The position numbers and the translations under genes are program-made. DNA of 64,000 bases, from positions 1 to 64,000 of the forward strand of contig JAYZBV010000077.1 in NCBI GenBank assembly GCA_036338595.1. Reading direction: 5' to 3'. The DNA is from Planctomycetota bacterium. Its GTDB lineage: Bacteria; Planctomycetota; UBA8108; UBA1146. Below are positions 30,867 through 40,276 of the stretch, in pieces. The notes beneath the pieces were generated by a model. It had not been told where the DNA came from and searched no databases. It was given only the letters and a program-made list of their open reading frames with translations. The stretch's first letter is position 1. Every line of letters begins with the position of its first letter.

Positions 30867-30960
30867 TCATCGAGTTCGATGGGCCGATTTGAGCCCAGGA
30901 AGAGCCCAGGAAGAGCTCGGGAGAAGCATCTGGCGACGGAAACAGGGGAAGTATGGAGGT

Positions 30961-31509
30961 GTGGTGAGCGACTGGCGAGAATTTGACCAGAACCCGGTGA
31001 GCCACTCTGCTGCGCATCATCTGACCACCATCGGTGATCTTCACGACGAGGTGGGATACGCACGCGTTTCCGATGTAGCGAGGCATCTCGGGATCACCCG
31101 CGGCAGCGTCTCCGTGACCCTCAAGGGACTGCGTCATCGCGGGCTGGTGGTGGAGGATGAGCACAAGCATCTGAGCCTCTCGGCAGAGGGCCAGCGCATC
31201 GCTCGCGGGATTCGCACGAAAAGGATCCTGATCCAGGCGCTCTTTCGCGATGTGCTGGGGGTTCCCGACGAGATCGCTGAACAGGACGCGTGCAAGATTG
31301 AACACCTCATCAGCGACCTGACTGCGGAGGCGGCCGCTTCACTACTGGAAGGTCTGGAGGAGACGAGCGAGACCGGACGGATTCAATCGTTGCTGAAATC
31401 GGCGCGAAGTTCCACCGACGCTTCCTCTCCCTTCCCTGGTACTGCAACTCAGCAGATTGCGGACCGCCTCCTGAAAAAAGCAGTTGAAATCGAGAGTGAG
31501 GACTCATGA
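30961..31509 (+). CDS. DtxR/MntR-family metal-dependent transcriptional regulator
   Basis: GGAGGT before GTG (start 30961 or 30964); ARVSDVARHLGITRGSVSVTLKGL (HTH), LSAEG, AEQDACKIEHLIS (metal site). Confidence 0.9.
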   Translation: MVSDWREFDQNPVSHSAAHHLTTIGDLHDEVGYARVSDVARHLGITRGSVSVTLKGLRHRGLVVEDEHKHLSLSAEGQRIARGIRTKRILIQALFRDVLGVPDEIAEQDACKIEHLISDLTAEAAASLLEGLEETSETGRIQSLLKSARSSTDASSPFPGTATQQIADRLLKKAVEIESEDS

Positions 31510-31958
31510 GTTCGAAGATAACCCGTGAAGAAACCATCGCCAGGCTCAACGCACTGCTCGCTGAAGAGCTGGAAGCGTCGATTCGTTACCTTCATCTCGG
31601 CTCGATGGTTCAGGGGATCGATCGCCTGATCGTTCAAAAAATACTTCAAGAAAACCACGAGGAGACGGTAGAGCATGCTCAGCAGATCAGCGAAAAGATC
31701 TTGCAACTCGGAGGCAATCCTACGCCCAGGATCCAGTTGAATCTCGACGGCAAGAGGTATTCTGGACAGCAGGCGATTGCAGAGGCGCTGCTCTTTGAAC
31801 AGGCAGCCCTCGATGGCTATCGCGATCTGCTGGAGCAGGTGGATGCCAGCGGAGATGTGGTGCTCGAGGAGTTCGCGAGACAACAGGTTGCTGTCGAATC
31901 CGAGCATGTCTCTCAACTGCAGATGCTGCTGGTGGAGTCGCCTGTTGGCGATCAGTGA
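31506..31958 (+). CDS. Ferritin-like/bacterioferritin-family protein
   Basis: ATGA overlap with the regulator; LNALLAEELEASIRY, EHAQQISEKILQLGGNP, FEQAALDGY, ESEH four-helix pattern. Confidence 0.85.
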   Translation: MSSKITREETIARLNALLAEELEASIRYLHLGSMVQGIDRLIVQKILQENHEETVEHAQQISEKILQLGGNPTPRIQLNLDGKRYSGQQAIAEALLFEQAALDGYRDLLEQVDASGDVVLEEFARQQVAVESEHVSQLQMLLVESPVGDQ

Positions 31959-31971
31959 CCGCCCCGGGGGG

Positions 31972-32421
31972 ATGACCTCTCTCGCTTTCCTGAATGGATT
32001 TTTTGCACTTGCCAGCGTCGGCCCGGCGCTGGGGCGAATCATCAATTCATACAACCTGCAGTCATACATCCAGGATCCCGAGCAAACCCGTGGACGCTGG
32101 CTCCGAGTGGAGATGCAATCCCTACTCGATGCGCAGGTTGCCCCATTTCATCTGCAGTGGCTTGGCGTGCTCGGTGTTGTGGTGACCTTGTTGCTCGTCA
32201 TCTCGGTGGTGGGATTGTTGAAGCGATCCCGTTGGGCAGGAAAGTGGTGTTCGACACTGGCTGCGCTGGGGATGATATCGGTTTCACTGCTGGCGCTGAA
32301 GATTCTGCCAGATGACGAGTTGCGGGCGGTGGGAATGGATCTGGTGAGGCAGTTGTTCTACCCGCTGTTTCTGTTGTTCATGGTGCAGGTGATCTTTCGT
32401 AAGGATCTGGGGAAGCGATGA
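31972..32421 (+). CDS. Hypothetical membrane protein (149 aa)
   Basis: Three to four hydrophobic segments; ATGA overlap with the downstream permease. Confidence 0.6.
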   Translation: MTSLAFLNGFFALASVGPALGRIINSYNLQSYIQDPEQTRGRWLRVEMQSLLDAQVAPFHLQWLGVLGVVVTLLLVISVVGLLKRSRWAGKWCSTLAALGMISVSLLALKILPDDELRAVGMDLVRQLFYPLFLLFMVQVIFRKDLGKR

Positions 32422-33341
32422 GTCGTATTTCTCAAATACTCCTTCATGCTCGAAACTCGATGTCCCATTCGCTTCGATCAGGGTCGGGGATTGCCTTCAT
32501 CGTATTGACGATGATGACGGGGTTGGGAGTCGCCAGCCTGGTATTCATGCCCATCGAGTTGGAGATGATCACCCCAGAAGAGTTCAGAAATAGTGCTGCC
32601 CAGGCAGTGGGCTTCTTTCTCGCCATGGCGACGCTGCAGGGGGGAACCTTCAATACCATCTCGCAGCGGATGGAGGCGGGAGACCTGGTCGAACTGGCGA
32701 CCTGGGGGAGATACCTGGTGCTGGACCATCCGGTGCTGCTGTCATTGACGGTGTTGCTACTGGGTCTGCTGCTTCCGATCCTGCTTCCACTCGGTTCTTT
32801 TGCTTCCATATCGGGTGATGTCCAGCATCGCTCGATCCGATACCTGTTACCGAGAACAACCCGAACATCGCTGCTGCTGGGTCGGCTGCTGGGAGCATTG
32901 GTGCTTTCCTGGACCCTGATCACCCTGCTTCAGGGAGCCATCGTCTTGTACCTGGGTATCGTGTTGCCCCTCGATGGCTGGAGTGAGCTGGTGCCGTGGG
33001 GGATTCGAACGCTGGGCGTGTTGATGGTGCTGTGCGTTCCATATGTTGCTCTGGGAGTGCTGTTCAGCACGCTCTTCAGGGTACCGATGGTGGCTTTGCT
33101 GGGATCCGTTGGGTTCACCGTCGCTGTTCCAGTGATCTCCTTGAGTCTCAGACGAGCCGCAGAAGAGTGGGAAGGTCTGGGTTTTCTGGGCTATCTGATG
33201 TACCTGCTACCCTGGGGGTACTCCCACAACTTGCTGTCGCCGGATGGGCAGACGGTTGCCTGGGCGGTGTTGTTTTGCCTCGGTCATGGCTTCTTCTTCA
33301 CCGTCGTGGCATTGCTTCGATTTCGAAGGATGGACCTGTGA
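32418..33341 (+). CDS. ABC-2 type exporter permease
   Basis: ISGDVQHRSIRYLLPRTTRTSLLLGR motif, about six TM helices, C-terminal FRRMDL. Confidence 0.85.
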   Translation: MSRISQILLHARNSMSHSLRSGSGIAFIVLTMMTGLGVASLVFMPIELEMITPEEFRNSAAQAVGFFLAMATLQGGTFNTISQRMEAGDLVELATWGRYLVLDHPVLLSLTVLLLGLLLPILLPLGSFASISGDVQHRSIRYLLPRTTRTSLLLGRLLGALVLSWTLITLLQGAIVLYLGIVLPLDGWSELVPWGIRTLGVLMVLCVPYVALGVLFSTLFRVPMVALLGSVGFTVAVPVISLSLRRAAEEWEGLGFLGYLMYLLPWGYSHNLLSPDGQTVAWAVLFCLGHGFFFTVVALLRFRRMDL

Positions 33342-34303
33342 ACCGATCGCATCACCAACTTCGGATTCAGGGGCTGAGCCACAGTTTTGGCGACAAGGTC
33401 GCCATCGACAACATCGACTGGAGTCTCCCCGATCGAGGTGTTGTGGGTCTGGTGGGACCCAATGGCGCCGGAAAGACGACACTCTTCTCATTGATCGCAG
33501 GATTTTTGAAAGTGCAGCAGGGCTCGATCGAGGTGCTGGGAACTGCGTCTCCTGGACATCCAAGTCTGGTGAGCCGGGTTGCCGTGATGCCTCAAGACGC
33601 GATCTTTGCTCGAGATGTCTCGATCGGCGATCAACTGATGTTTCTGCGAGCTCTAGATGGAGTTCGAGGGGTCAGAGCACATCAAGATGTGGTCTCCACG
33701 ATGGAGAGTGTAGGACTGGCTGACGAACTCGATCGAGGTGCTGCAGTCCTCTCCCACGGAATGGGTAAGCGCCTCGGAGTGGCGCAGGCTCTGCTCGGAT
33801 CACCGGAGTTGATCCTGTTCGATGAACCCACATCTGGACTTGATCCTGCCAATGCGAAGCAGGTGCGGGAACTGATTCGAGAACTGGGCAAGTCGGCGCT
33901 GGTCATCGTGTCATCTCATAATTTGCTGGAACTGCAGGACCTCATCGATGAGATCGCTGTGATCGCCGACGGCAAGATGATCGAAACTGGCACCATCGAG
34001 GAAGTGACCCGAAGAGACCGTCGCTTCGAGATTCGAGTGGGGCGACAGGTCTCCGAAGATGAGAGTCAGCAACTGGAGCAAACAGAGCACGTCCGCAAGG
34101 TGAGCCCGGACGGGAATCGGATCACGGTCGACCTGGATGGCGGTGGCGAGGGGGGAATCGATGCGGCTCTCTGCGCACTGCTCGGAGGATTGCTGCAACT
34201 GGACCTGCCACCTCACGAGATGCGCGAGGGTGCGAGTCTCGAGGAGGCGTACCTGAGGATCACAGGGGATGAGGGGCCAGAGGAAGAGGAGCAGGAGGAG
34301 TAG
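33338..34303 (+). CDS. ABC transporter ATP-binding protein (321 aa)
   Basis: GTGA overlap; GPNGAGKTT, LSHGMGKR, LFDEPTSGLD, SSH, SLEEAYL. Confidence 0.92.
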   Translation: MNRSHHQLRIQGLSHSFGDKVAIDNIDWSLPDRGVVGLVGPNGAGKTTLFSLIAGFLKVQQGSIEVLGTASPGHPSLVSRVAVMPQDAIFARDVSIGDQLMFLRALDGVRGVRAHQDVVSTMESVGLADELDRGAAVLSHGMGKRLGVAQALLGSPELILFDEPTSGLDPANAKQVRELIRELGKSALVIVSSHNLLELQDLIDEIAVIADGKMIETGTIEEVTRRDRRFEIRVGRQVSEDESQQLEQTEHVRKVSPDGNRITVDLDGGGEGGIDAALCALLGGLLQLDLPPHEMREGASLEEAYLRITGDEGPEEEEQEE

Positions 34304-34320
34304 TGCCACCGCCTGTGTAG

Positions 34321-36258
34321 TTACTGTCGCTGCAGTTGCGCTCTTTCCCTGAAACTCCGTGCCTCGGCGTTGATACCCGCCTCTTCGAGAAGTTTTGCGA
34401 TGTCCAGCAGTAGCTGCGGTTCCTCGCCGACCCAGTCGATGAGGGCCTGTAGATGCCGAGCCGCGGCTTCCGGATTTCCCTGACCGACGGCATTGAGGGC
34501 CTGTCTTCTGGCGAGGTCCCCACGAAGATTGAGCAGAACGATGCGGTTTCCGAGCAGGATTCGCTGTTCATCGAGCCAGTCTGCCAGCGCCTTCGGCCCC
34601 GAAGCCCCTTCACCCGTGATCTCGATCAGTTGGCCGAAACGCATCAGCAGGTCATCGGTCGGGTTTTCTTCCAGCGCTCGGGTCCACCAGGATCTGGCCG
34701 CCTCCAGATCACCGGAGACGGCACTCATGTATCCGAGCTTCTCCTCCAGGACGGTCCCGGCCGGTTCGAACAGGGCCAGGCCCCCTCGGCCGATCCTGAT
34801 CGTCTGCTGCAGGTGCCAGATGGCGCGGCGAGCGGAAGCCTTCACCTCGGTGGCAACAGGCTCCTGCTGAGGAAGCAGCACCCGATCAAGATTGACCCCT
34901 GCCAGGGCAAAGTGACCATCCGCAAGGTGCTGGTTCCAGCGGGTATGACCCGCTGACACGGTCAAGAGTGCGCAGAGAATCGCGCTCGCCAGCAGCAGAT
35001 GGGCGCGAGTCGTCGATGTCCCATCGCGACGTAGTGGCTGTCGATGTAGAGAGACATCGGGCTTCGTGAGTATCTGGTAACTCTTCCAGCACAAGAAGGT
35101 GATGGTGAGTGCCATGCCGGTGGCCATCAACATCGGGATCTGCTGTGCGACTCCTCGCCAGCATAGCCATGTCACCGCAAAGATGACCGCCAAGATCCCC
35201 TCACCAGCGAGAGACAGATCAGATGTGCGTGTGGATGCCTTTCCTTTCGAAGTGCCCGAGATCAGACTTCCCATGCCGGGTCCGTAGGAAAGAACTCCGT
35301 TCGGGCACACATCGACACAGTCGAGGCATTTCATGCAACCCGGATCGACGACCTGAGAATGGATGCGGATCTCGCGCGAGATCTGCACGTTCGAGGTGCA
35401 GTTGGCAGTGCAGAGCCCGCATGTATTGCACGCATCCAGGTTGGCGATTATTCGCATCGGAGCGATGCGATCTGCAACCGAGAAGAAGGCTCCATAGGGG
35501 CAACCGTAACTGCAGAAGCCCTTGGCCCCCAGCAGATAGACGCAGGCGAATCCACAGATGAGAAAGAAGGGGATCGCCACCAGCAGCGACGGAAAGGTGG
35601 CCCAGAAATCGGTCACCATCAGATGGTCTGAAAACCCTGGCCAGGGAGTGACCGGACCCAACCAGCTGGCCACGGAAACGAAGTGCTGCTCGAGCCAGGG
35701 AGATGTCCATCGCTTCAGCGATGGCCACAGGAACATGTAGAAGGCGAGAATGTAGGGAACGAAACCGAGCAGGCGGGAGCGAAAGGGGCGTGGGCGGACG
35801 CCGACCCTTCGCATCATCCAGCCGCATAGATCTTGCAGCGCGACCATGTGGCAGGCCCAGCCGCAGAACCATCGTCCCAGGACGGCGGTCGAGAGGATCG
35901 CAACGATGAAGAAGATGAAGCCTGCATTGACCTGACCATTCTCCAGCGTGTACATGCTCTCCGATGGTTCGACAGGGGAGAGGGTGTTGCCGGTGATGAT
36001 CCAGTGGAGCAGGTGGCCAGCGATGATCAGATGGACCAGACCGAGAAAGACGGCCCGGCGACGTCCGGATCGCCCCGGATAACGTTGGGAGGAGCGGCGA
36101 TAGCCTTCGCAACCCTCGCGTGGTTTCCCGGAACTCGCCAATCGGCCCCCCGTCGCCGGGATGATAGCCGCAGGACCTCGTCGGGAGAATGGCAACGCCA
36201 TGATCGCCGTGTCGATATTGAGGAGGGGGGCAAGGTGTCGCAAGGGAAACAGAGCCAT
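34321..36258 (-). CDS. Membrane 4Fe-4S-binding protein (NapH/CcoG-like) with C-terminal TPR-like region
   Basis: GRWFCGWACH, FCSYGCPYG, CNTCGLCTANC, CMKCLDCVDVCP, several TM helices; start uncertain. Confidence 0.8.
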   Translation of the reverse strand: MALFPLRHLAPLLNIDTAIMALPFSRRGPAAIIPATGGRLASSGKPREGCEGYRRSSQRYPGRSGRRRAVFLGLVHLIIAGHLLHWIITGNTLSPVEPSESMYTLENGQVNAGFIFFIVAILSTAVLGRWFCGWACHMVALQDLCGWMMRRVGVRPRPFRSRLLGFVPYILAFYMFLWPSLKRWTSPWLEQHFVSVASWLGPVTPWPGFSDHLMVTDFWATFPSLLVAIPFFLICGFACVYLLGAKGFCSYGCPYGAFFSVADRIAPMRIIANLDACNTCGLCTANCTSNVQISREIRIHSQVVDPGCMKCLDCVDVCPNGVLSYGPGMGSLISGTSKGKASTRTSDLSLAGEGILAVIFAVTWLCWRGVAQQIPMLMATGMALTITFLCWKSYQILTKPDVSLHRQPLRRDGTSTTRAHLLLASAILCALLTVSAGHTRWNQHLADGHFALAGVNLDRVLLPQQEPVATEVKASARRAIWHLQQTIRIGRGGLALFEPAGTVLEEKLGYMSAVSGDLEAARSWWTRALEENPTDDLLMRFGQLIEITGEGASGPKALADWLDEQRILLGNRIVLLNLRGDLARRQALNAVGQGNPEAAARHLQALIDWVGEEPQLLLDIAKLLEEAGINAEARSFRERAQLQRQ

Positions 36259-36372
36259 GCAGGATCATGGCTACAAGTCAGAAAAGTGGCCGGATCCGTC
36301 AGGACCCGGCCACAGGTTATTGATCGCGATGCATCCGCCGACGATCACGCCGATGCGTTGCCGGACCGCGTT

Positions 36373-37332
36373 CTAGTGGTCCGGTACGCCGTCCCCATCG
36401 TGATCATGACCAGCTCCTGCTTCGGGGTCTTCGTCGAGGCGCTTGAGCGCGTCCCCGATCATCTTCTGTCCCTGCTCGTTCCCCTCTAGCAATGGGTCTG
36501 CCAGCATCCGGCTGAGGAACTGCATGGCGACCTCCTTCTCTCCCGACTCCTGCAAGTAGCCCTGGCTGTACCAGAGCGCATTGAGAACTTCCGAACCCTG
36601 GAGATCCGGGTGGTCCTTGAGAAATTTTACCAGCGCAGGGAAATCTGGTTCTTCAGAGTTCATCAGTGCCATCAGGTCGCTGCGAGCCCGGTGCTTGGCA
36701 ACCATCTTGACCAGTTCCTGATCGCTCGACTTCGCCGCCATGTCGAGGAACTTCTTGAAGTCCGGGTAGCCGAGCAGTTCGTGTTCGGCGAGCACGGCAA
36801 ACGCATCAGCGAGAAGACCTTGCTGCTCATCTTCCTTGGCCGAGAGCAGTGCCTTGATCTTATCTCCGGAGCCGCGCAACTCGGAGAGATGCTCGAGGTA
36901 CTTCTCGGGACCACCCTGCTGATAGCCGGTTCTTGCGTAGGGCCGCATCTGGCTGTCTGCCAGGATGATGGTCGGGAAGCCATTGACTCCCATCTCCTCG
37001 CGGCTCTTCGAGTTGAGGGCTTCATCGATGACCTTGGCCTTTGCCTCATCGGATCTCGGGAAGTCCAGATACAGGTAGATGTATTGCTTGCCTGCACTTT
37101 CATGAAAACTCGGGGTGGAAAACACCTCGCCATCGAGACGTTTACACCATCCGCACCAGTCGCTGCCGGTGAAGTTGATGAGGATGTCTTTCCCCTCCTT
37201 TTGGGCCAACTCCCTGGCGACACCGATGTCCATCACCCACGGAAGTGGTTGTGCGGCTGCGGGGGCGGTGGGTTCGTCTCCGGTGGTCAACGGTGACCAG
37301 GCCATCAGGACCGTCAGGATGATCATCGACAT
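36373..37332 (-). CDS. Exported thioredoxin-family protein (WCGWC) with His/Asp-rich tail
   Basis: Signal peptide; ILINFTGSDWCGWCKRLDGEVF, LDFP, GFPTIIL, YARTGY; tail GHDHDGDGVPDH. Confidence 0.88.
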   Translation of the reverse strand: MSMIILTVLMAWSPLTTGDEPTAPAAAQPLPWVMDIGVARELAQKEGKDILINFTGSDWCGWCKRLDGEVFSTPSFHESAGKQYIYLYLDFPRSDEAKAKVIDEALNSKSREEMGVNGFPTIILADSQMRPYARTGYQQGGPEKYLEHLSELRGSGDKIKALLSAKEDEQQGLLADAFAVLAEHELLGYPDFKKFLDMAAKSSDQELVKMVAKHRARSDLMALMNSEEPDFPALVKFLKDHPDLQGSEVLNALWYSQGYLQESGEKEVAMQFLSRMLADPLLEGNEQGQKMIGDALKRLDEDPEAGAGHDHDGDGVPDH

Positions 37333-37622
37333 GAAACTTCTCCTTGCACTGGAGATGGATTTCTCCAGGTAATCTGCATCTTGAAACCGGCGGTATCATC
37401 GGTCGCTTCCCTCGAGAGGGTTGCACCACGAAGGGTCCAGGATACTCCACTCCAGCCGGATCGGAAACCCAAAGGAGAGGGGTCCAGAGCGGTTCTGGAG
37501 GCGAAACGAGCGTCTCGGAGCCGCAAAAATTGCTCCGGAATCTCGACATCGGCAGCGCCACGAGCGACAACATATCGGAGCAGTCACCTCTCCCTGGTGT
37601 TCGAGGTGGGCAGGAGAATCCG

Positions 37623-37949
37623 GTGGCGCTGGAAGTGGTGTGGAGTTCGGCCTCGGCAGAATAGTGCGAGGGTTGCAAGCAAGGAGCAGGAGAATGCCAG
37701 TGTCGGAAGCGAGTTCCCGTGGGAGTAGCTAAGATTCGCATCGAAAAGAGACGTGGTAAGACCGTCACCGTCATCGCTGATCTTGCGCTCGAAAAATCAG
37801 ATGTAAAATTGCTGCTGAGGGATCTGAAGAAGCGCTGTGCCACAGGAGGAACCAGCAAGGGGACATCGATCGAACTTCAGGGAGATCAAGTCGATGTTGT
37901 GAGGCAGTGGCTCGACGCGTGCTCCATCGCCCACAGGGGATGGAACTGA
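37623..37949 (+). CDS. yciH: YciH/SUI1-family translation initiation factor, interrupted by an in-frame TAG (37662-37664)
   Basis: CAGGAG before the GTG at 37623; VVWSSASAE*CEGCKQGAGECQC...KIRIEKRRGKTVTVI...LKKRCATGGT...IELQGD. The stop-free part is ORF 37719-37949. Confidence 0.8.
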
Positions 37950-37953
37950 TCGC

Positions 37954-39591
37954 TCAGTCTCGCTCGGCTGCAGAGGATTTGCTGTCTGCAAGATCCGTGT
38001 CACTCCAGGGTCTGGAGATGACACAGGCGTTGATGCCGCCGACTCCCATCGAGAGTTTCCCTGCATATCCCTCGGGTAAGGGTGAAGCAGTGTCGCCAAC
38101 AAAGTTGCCATGCACCCGGGCGATCTCTGGATTCAACTCCTGGTCACCGAGATCGGTAGGAGGGACCATCCTCTCCTCGCCAGAGAACATCTGAGCCGTC
38201 AGTTCCCAGCCGCCACAACTGCCCATGCCGTGTCCGAATGTGCCCTTGCGGGCGGTCATCAGCACATCTTCATCGAGGATTCGGCGCGTGTTTTCCACTT
38301 CCAGATAGTCGCCAGGAGTCGCGGTACAGTGCAGATCCCAGGTGGCGATTTCGCTCGGATGGGCTCCTGCGCTGGCCATCGCCTTCGTGATGGCTTCCTG
38401 CGGTCCCTCGGCGCTGGGTGTGATGATGTGGTCTGCATCGGCTGTCAAGCCCACTGCGATCGGCTCCATTCCGATCGGCTGAAAACCACGAGCACGCATC
38501 TTTTCAAGGTCTCCGATGATCCAGACGCAGGATCCGCCACTGACATGAGTTCCTCGCAGGCCCGTCAGAGGTTTCGAGACGCTTCCATCACTGGAGAGAA
38601 CCTTGGCCGCGCTGAAGGCGCCGACCGTCAGAGAGCATGGGGCAGGATCAGTGGCTCCGATCACGACCGCCTCTGCTTCCTCCCTCTCGATGGCATCGAT
38701 CCCCAGTTTGAGAGAGACACCGAAGGTGGAGCATGCGGCGACAGGAGCGAAGCAAGGTCCGGTGATTTTTCCCATCATGGAAATCTGGGTCGGAGGGCTG
38801 CTGTGGATGTTCCACAACACATTGGAACTGATGGATGCCCACGGTTCTGGCGGTGCTCCCCATTCCTTACGCAGCGAGGCCGCGCGCTTCATCTTTTCAC
38901 GAAGTACCGACGATTTCCCTGCCTCCACCTCACCCTCGACACTCAGGTTCTCGATCTCTCGCAGGGAAGCCAGGTACTCCTGCAGGTTGGATGAGTGAGC
39001 GGCCCAGAACGAATTCCAGATCCGCCTCGCTTCCTCACTCGCAGCAGCTTCCATTGAATCGGGATCGGCGGGTGCCTGGTCGCGCAACTCGGGTGGAGAA
39101 TCTCCTGCATCGTGCGCTGCTCGTGCCGGGCAGCGTTCAGGATCTGCCCAGAAAGCATCCCATTGCCTCTGTGCCCGATCTGCCTCGAGAGTGATCTGGG
39201 CGATGGTGGGGATATCGCCGAGCCCGGTGCCGACATAGACATGTGCGTCGCTGCCCATCTCCTGCAGAGCTGCTTCAATCCCGGGATTCTGATCGAGAGC
39301 CTGGATGAATGAGCCCACGGCATAGAGCGTGGGTTGCCCCATCTTCGATTGCAACTGCGAGAAACGGCTTGGAGGGAAGCGCTCTTCGATCCAGCCGTGG
39401 TACTTCTCGAAATCGAAGGAAGGGTTTCCTACCAGGAAGTTGCTCGGCCCGAAGTCGCTGAAGGGCTCCAGCCAGGAGCCGCCATCCGCGAGCCGCCTCC
39501 GGAAACTGTCGACATCCGGACAGCCAGGAGCGACCACTCCCCAGCCGAAGATGCCGATACGACGGTTTGCTGTTCTGGCCGGGAGATTCAA
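37954..39591 (-). CDS. Beta-ketoacyl synthase (FabF-like) with a large internal insertion
   Basis: IFGWGVVAP, VYVGTGLG, catalytic AACST, DADHIITP, DLHCTATPGD, KGTFGHGMG, SMGVGGINA. Confidence 0.85.
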   Translation of the reverse strand: MNLPARTANRRIGIFGWGVVAPGCPDVDSFRRRLADGGSWLEPFSDFGPSNFLVGNPSFDFEKYHGWIEERFPPSRFSQLQSKMGQPTLYAVGSFIQALDQNPGIEAALQEMGSDAHVYVGTGLGDIPTIAQITLEADRAQRQWDAFWADPERCPARAAHDAGDSPPELRDQAPADPDSMEAAASEEARRIWNSFWAAHSSNLQEYLASLREIENLSVEGEVEAGKSSVLREKMKRAASLRKEWGAPPEPWASISSNVLWNIHSSPPTQISMMGKITGPCFAPVAACSTFGVSLKLGIDAIEREEAEAVVIGATDPAPCSLTVGAFSAAKVLSSDGSVSKPLTGLRGTHVSGGSCVWIIGDLEKMRARGFQPIGMEPIAVGLTADADHIITPSAEGPQEAITKAMASAGAHPSEIATWDLHCTATPGDYLEVENTRRILDEDVLMTARKGTFGHGMGSCGGWELTAQMFSGEERMVPPTDLGDQELNPEIARVHGNFVGDTASPLPEGYAGKLSMGVGGINACVISRPWSDTDLADSKSSAAERD

Positions 39592-39701
39592 CAGGGGCCC
39601 CTTTTCAACGACTCCATCCTGCAGATTCCGGGGGCGGAAGGAAGCGATCCTGCGGATGTTTTGCCCCGCTGGCGCACTAAATACGGCTCACAAGCGCCAG
39701 A

Positions 39702-40274
39702 TCAGAGTTCCAGGAACCAGCGGTGGACCTGCGAATCAGTCGTCAATTCGGGGTGGAAGGTGCAGGCGACGCAGCGTCCTTGCCTCACGGCGACCGGTTC
39801 CTGTGCTCGTGTCGCCAGGATCTCCACATCGGCGGCGGGTCGATCGAGACGCGGTGCCCGGATGAAGACGCCCTCGCCCACTCCGGATCGAGGGCCCGAG
39901 ATCCACTCGACGTCACCGATGAAGGAATGGACCTGGCGACCATATCCATTTCGCTGCACCCCGATGTCGATCAGATTCCAGCGCCGTGGCGCTTCGCCAT
40001 CGTCGCGCCCCAGCAGGATCGCTCCGGCACAGGTGCCGAGCACTGCGAGGTCTTCAGCCACAACACGGTCGATGATCATCCTCGACAGGGAGTGGAGATG
40101 GAGCAAGTGGCTCAACGTGGTGCTCTCGCCACCCGGAATCACGAGGTGAGTGATGTCATCGAGTTGGTCGGGGCGACGCAGTTCGAACGGCTCCGCACCC
40201 GCTGCCGACAACGCACGAAGATGCGGCTCGACAGAACCCTGTAACGCCAGAACTGCTGGGCGGACCGATGGCAC
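39702..40274 (-). CDS. pdxT: Pyridoxal 5'-phosphate synthase glutaminase subunit
   Basis: VLALQG, IPGGESTT, GTCAGAILL, RNGYGRQ, FIRAP, FHPELT. Confidence 0.95.
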   Translation of the reverse strand: MPSVRPAVLALQGSVEPHLRALSAAGAEPFELRRPDQLDDITHLVIPGGESTTLSHLLHLHSLSRMIIDRVVAEDLAVLGTCAGAILLGRDDGEAPRRWNLIDIGVQRNGYGRQVHSFIGDVEWISGPRSGVGEGVFIRAPRLDRPAADVEILATRAQEPVAVRQGRCVACTFHPELTTDSQVHRWFLEL

Positions 40275-40276
40275 GG

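Noticed and set aside
30891..30922. GAGCCCAGGAA x2 plus a degenerate third copy upstream of the DtxR-like gene
   Set aside because: Short, GC-rich, and not repeated at the feoB promoter, so it cannot be separated from chance slippage.
37340..37620. Possible structured RNA (RNase P-like or riboswitch) in the divergent intergenic region
   Set aside because: No conserved core motif such as GAGGAAAGUCC and no recognisable aptamer; a covariance-model search would be needed.
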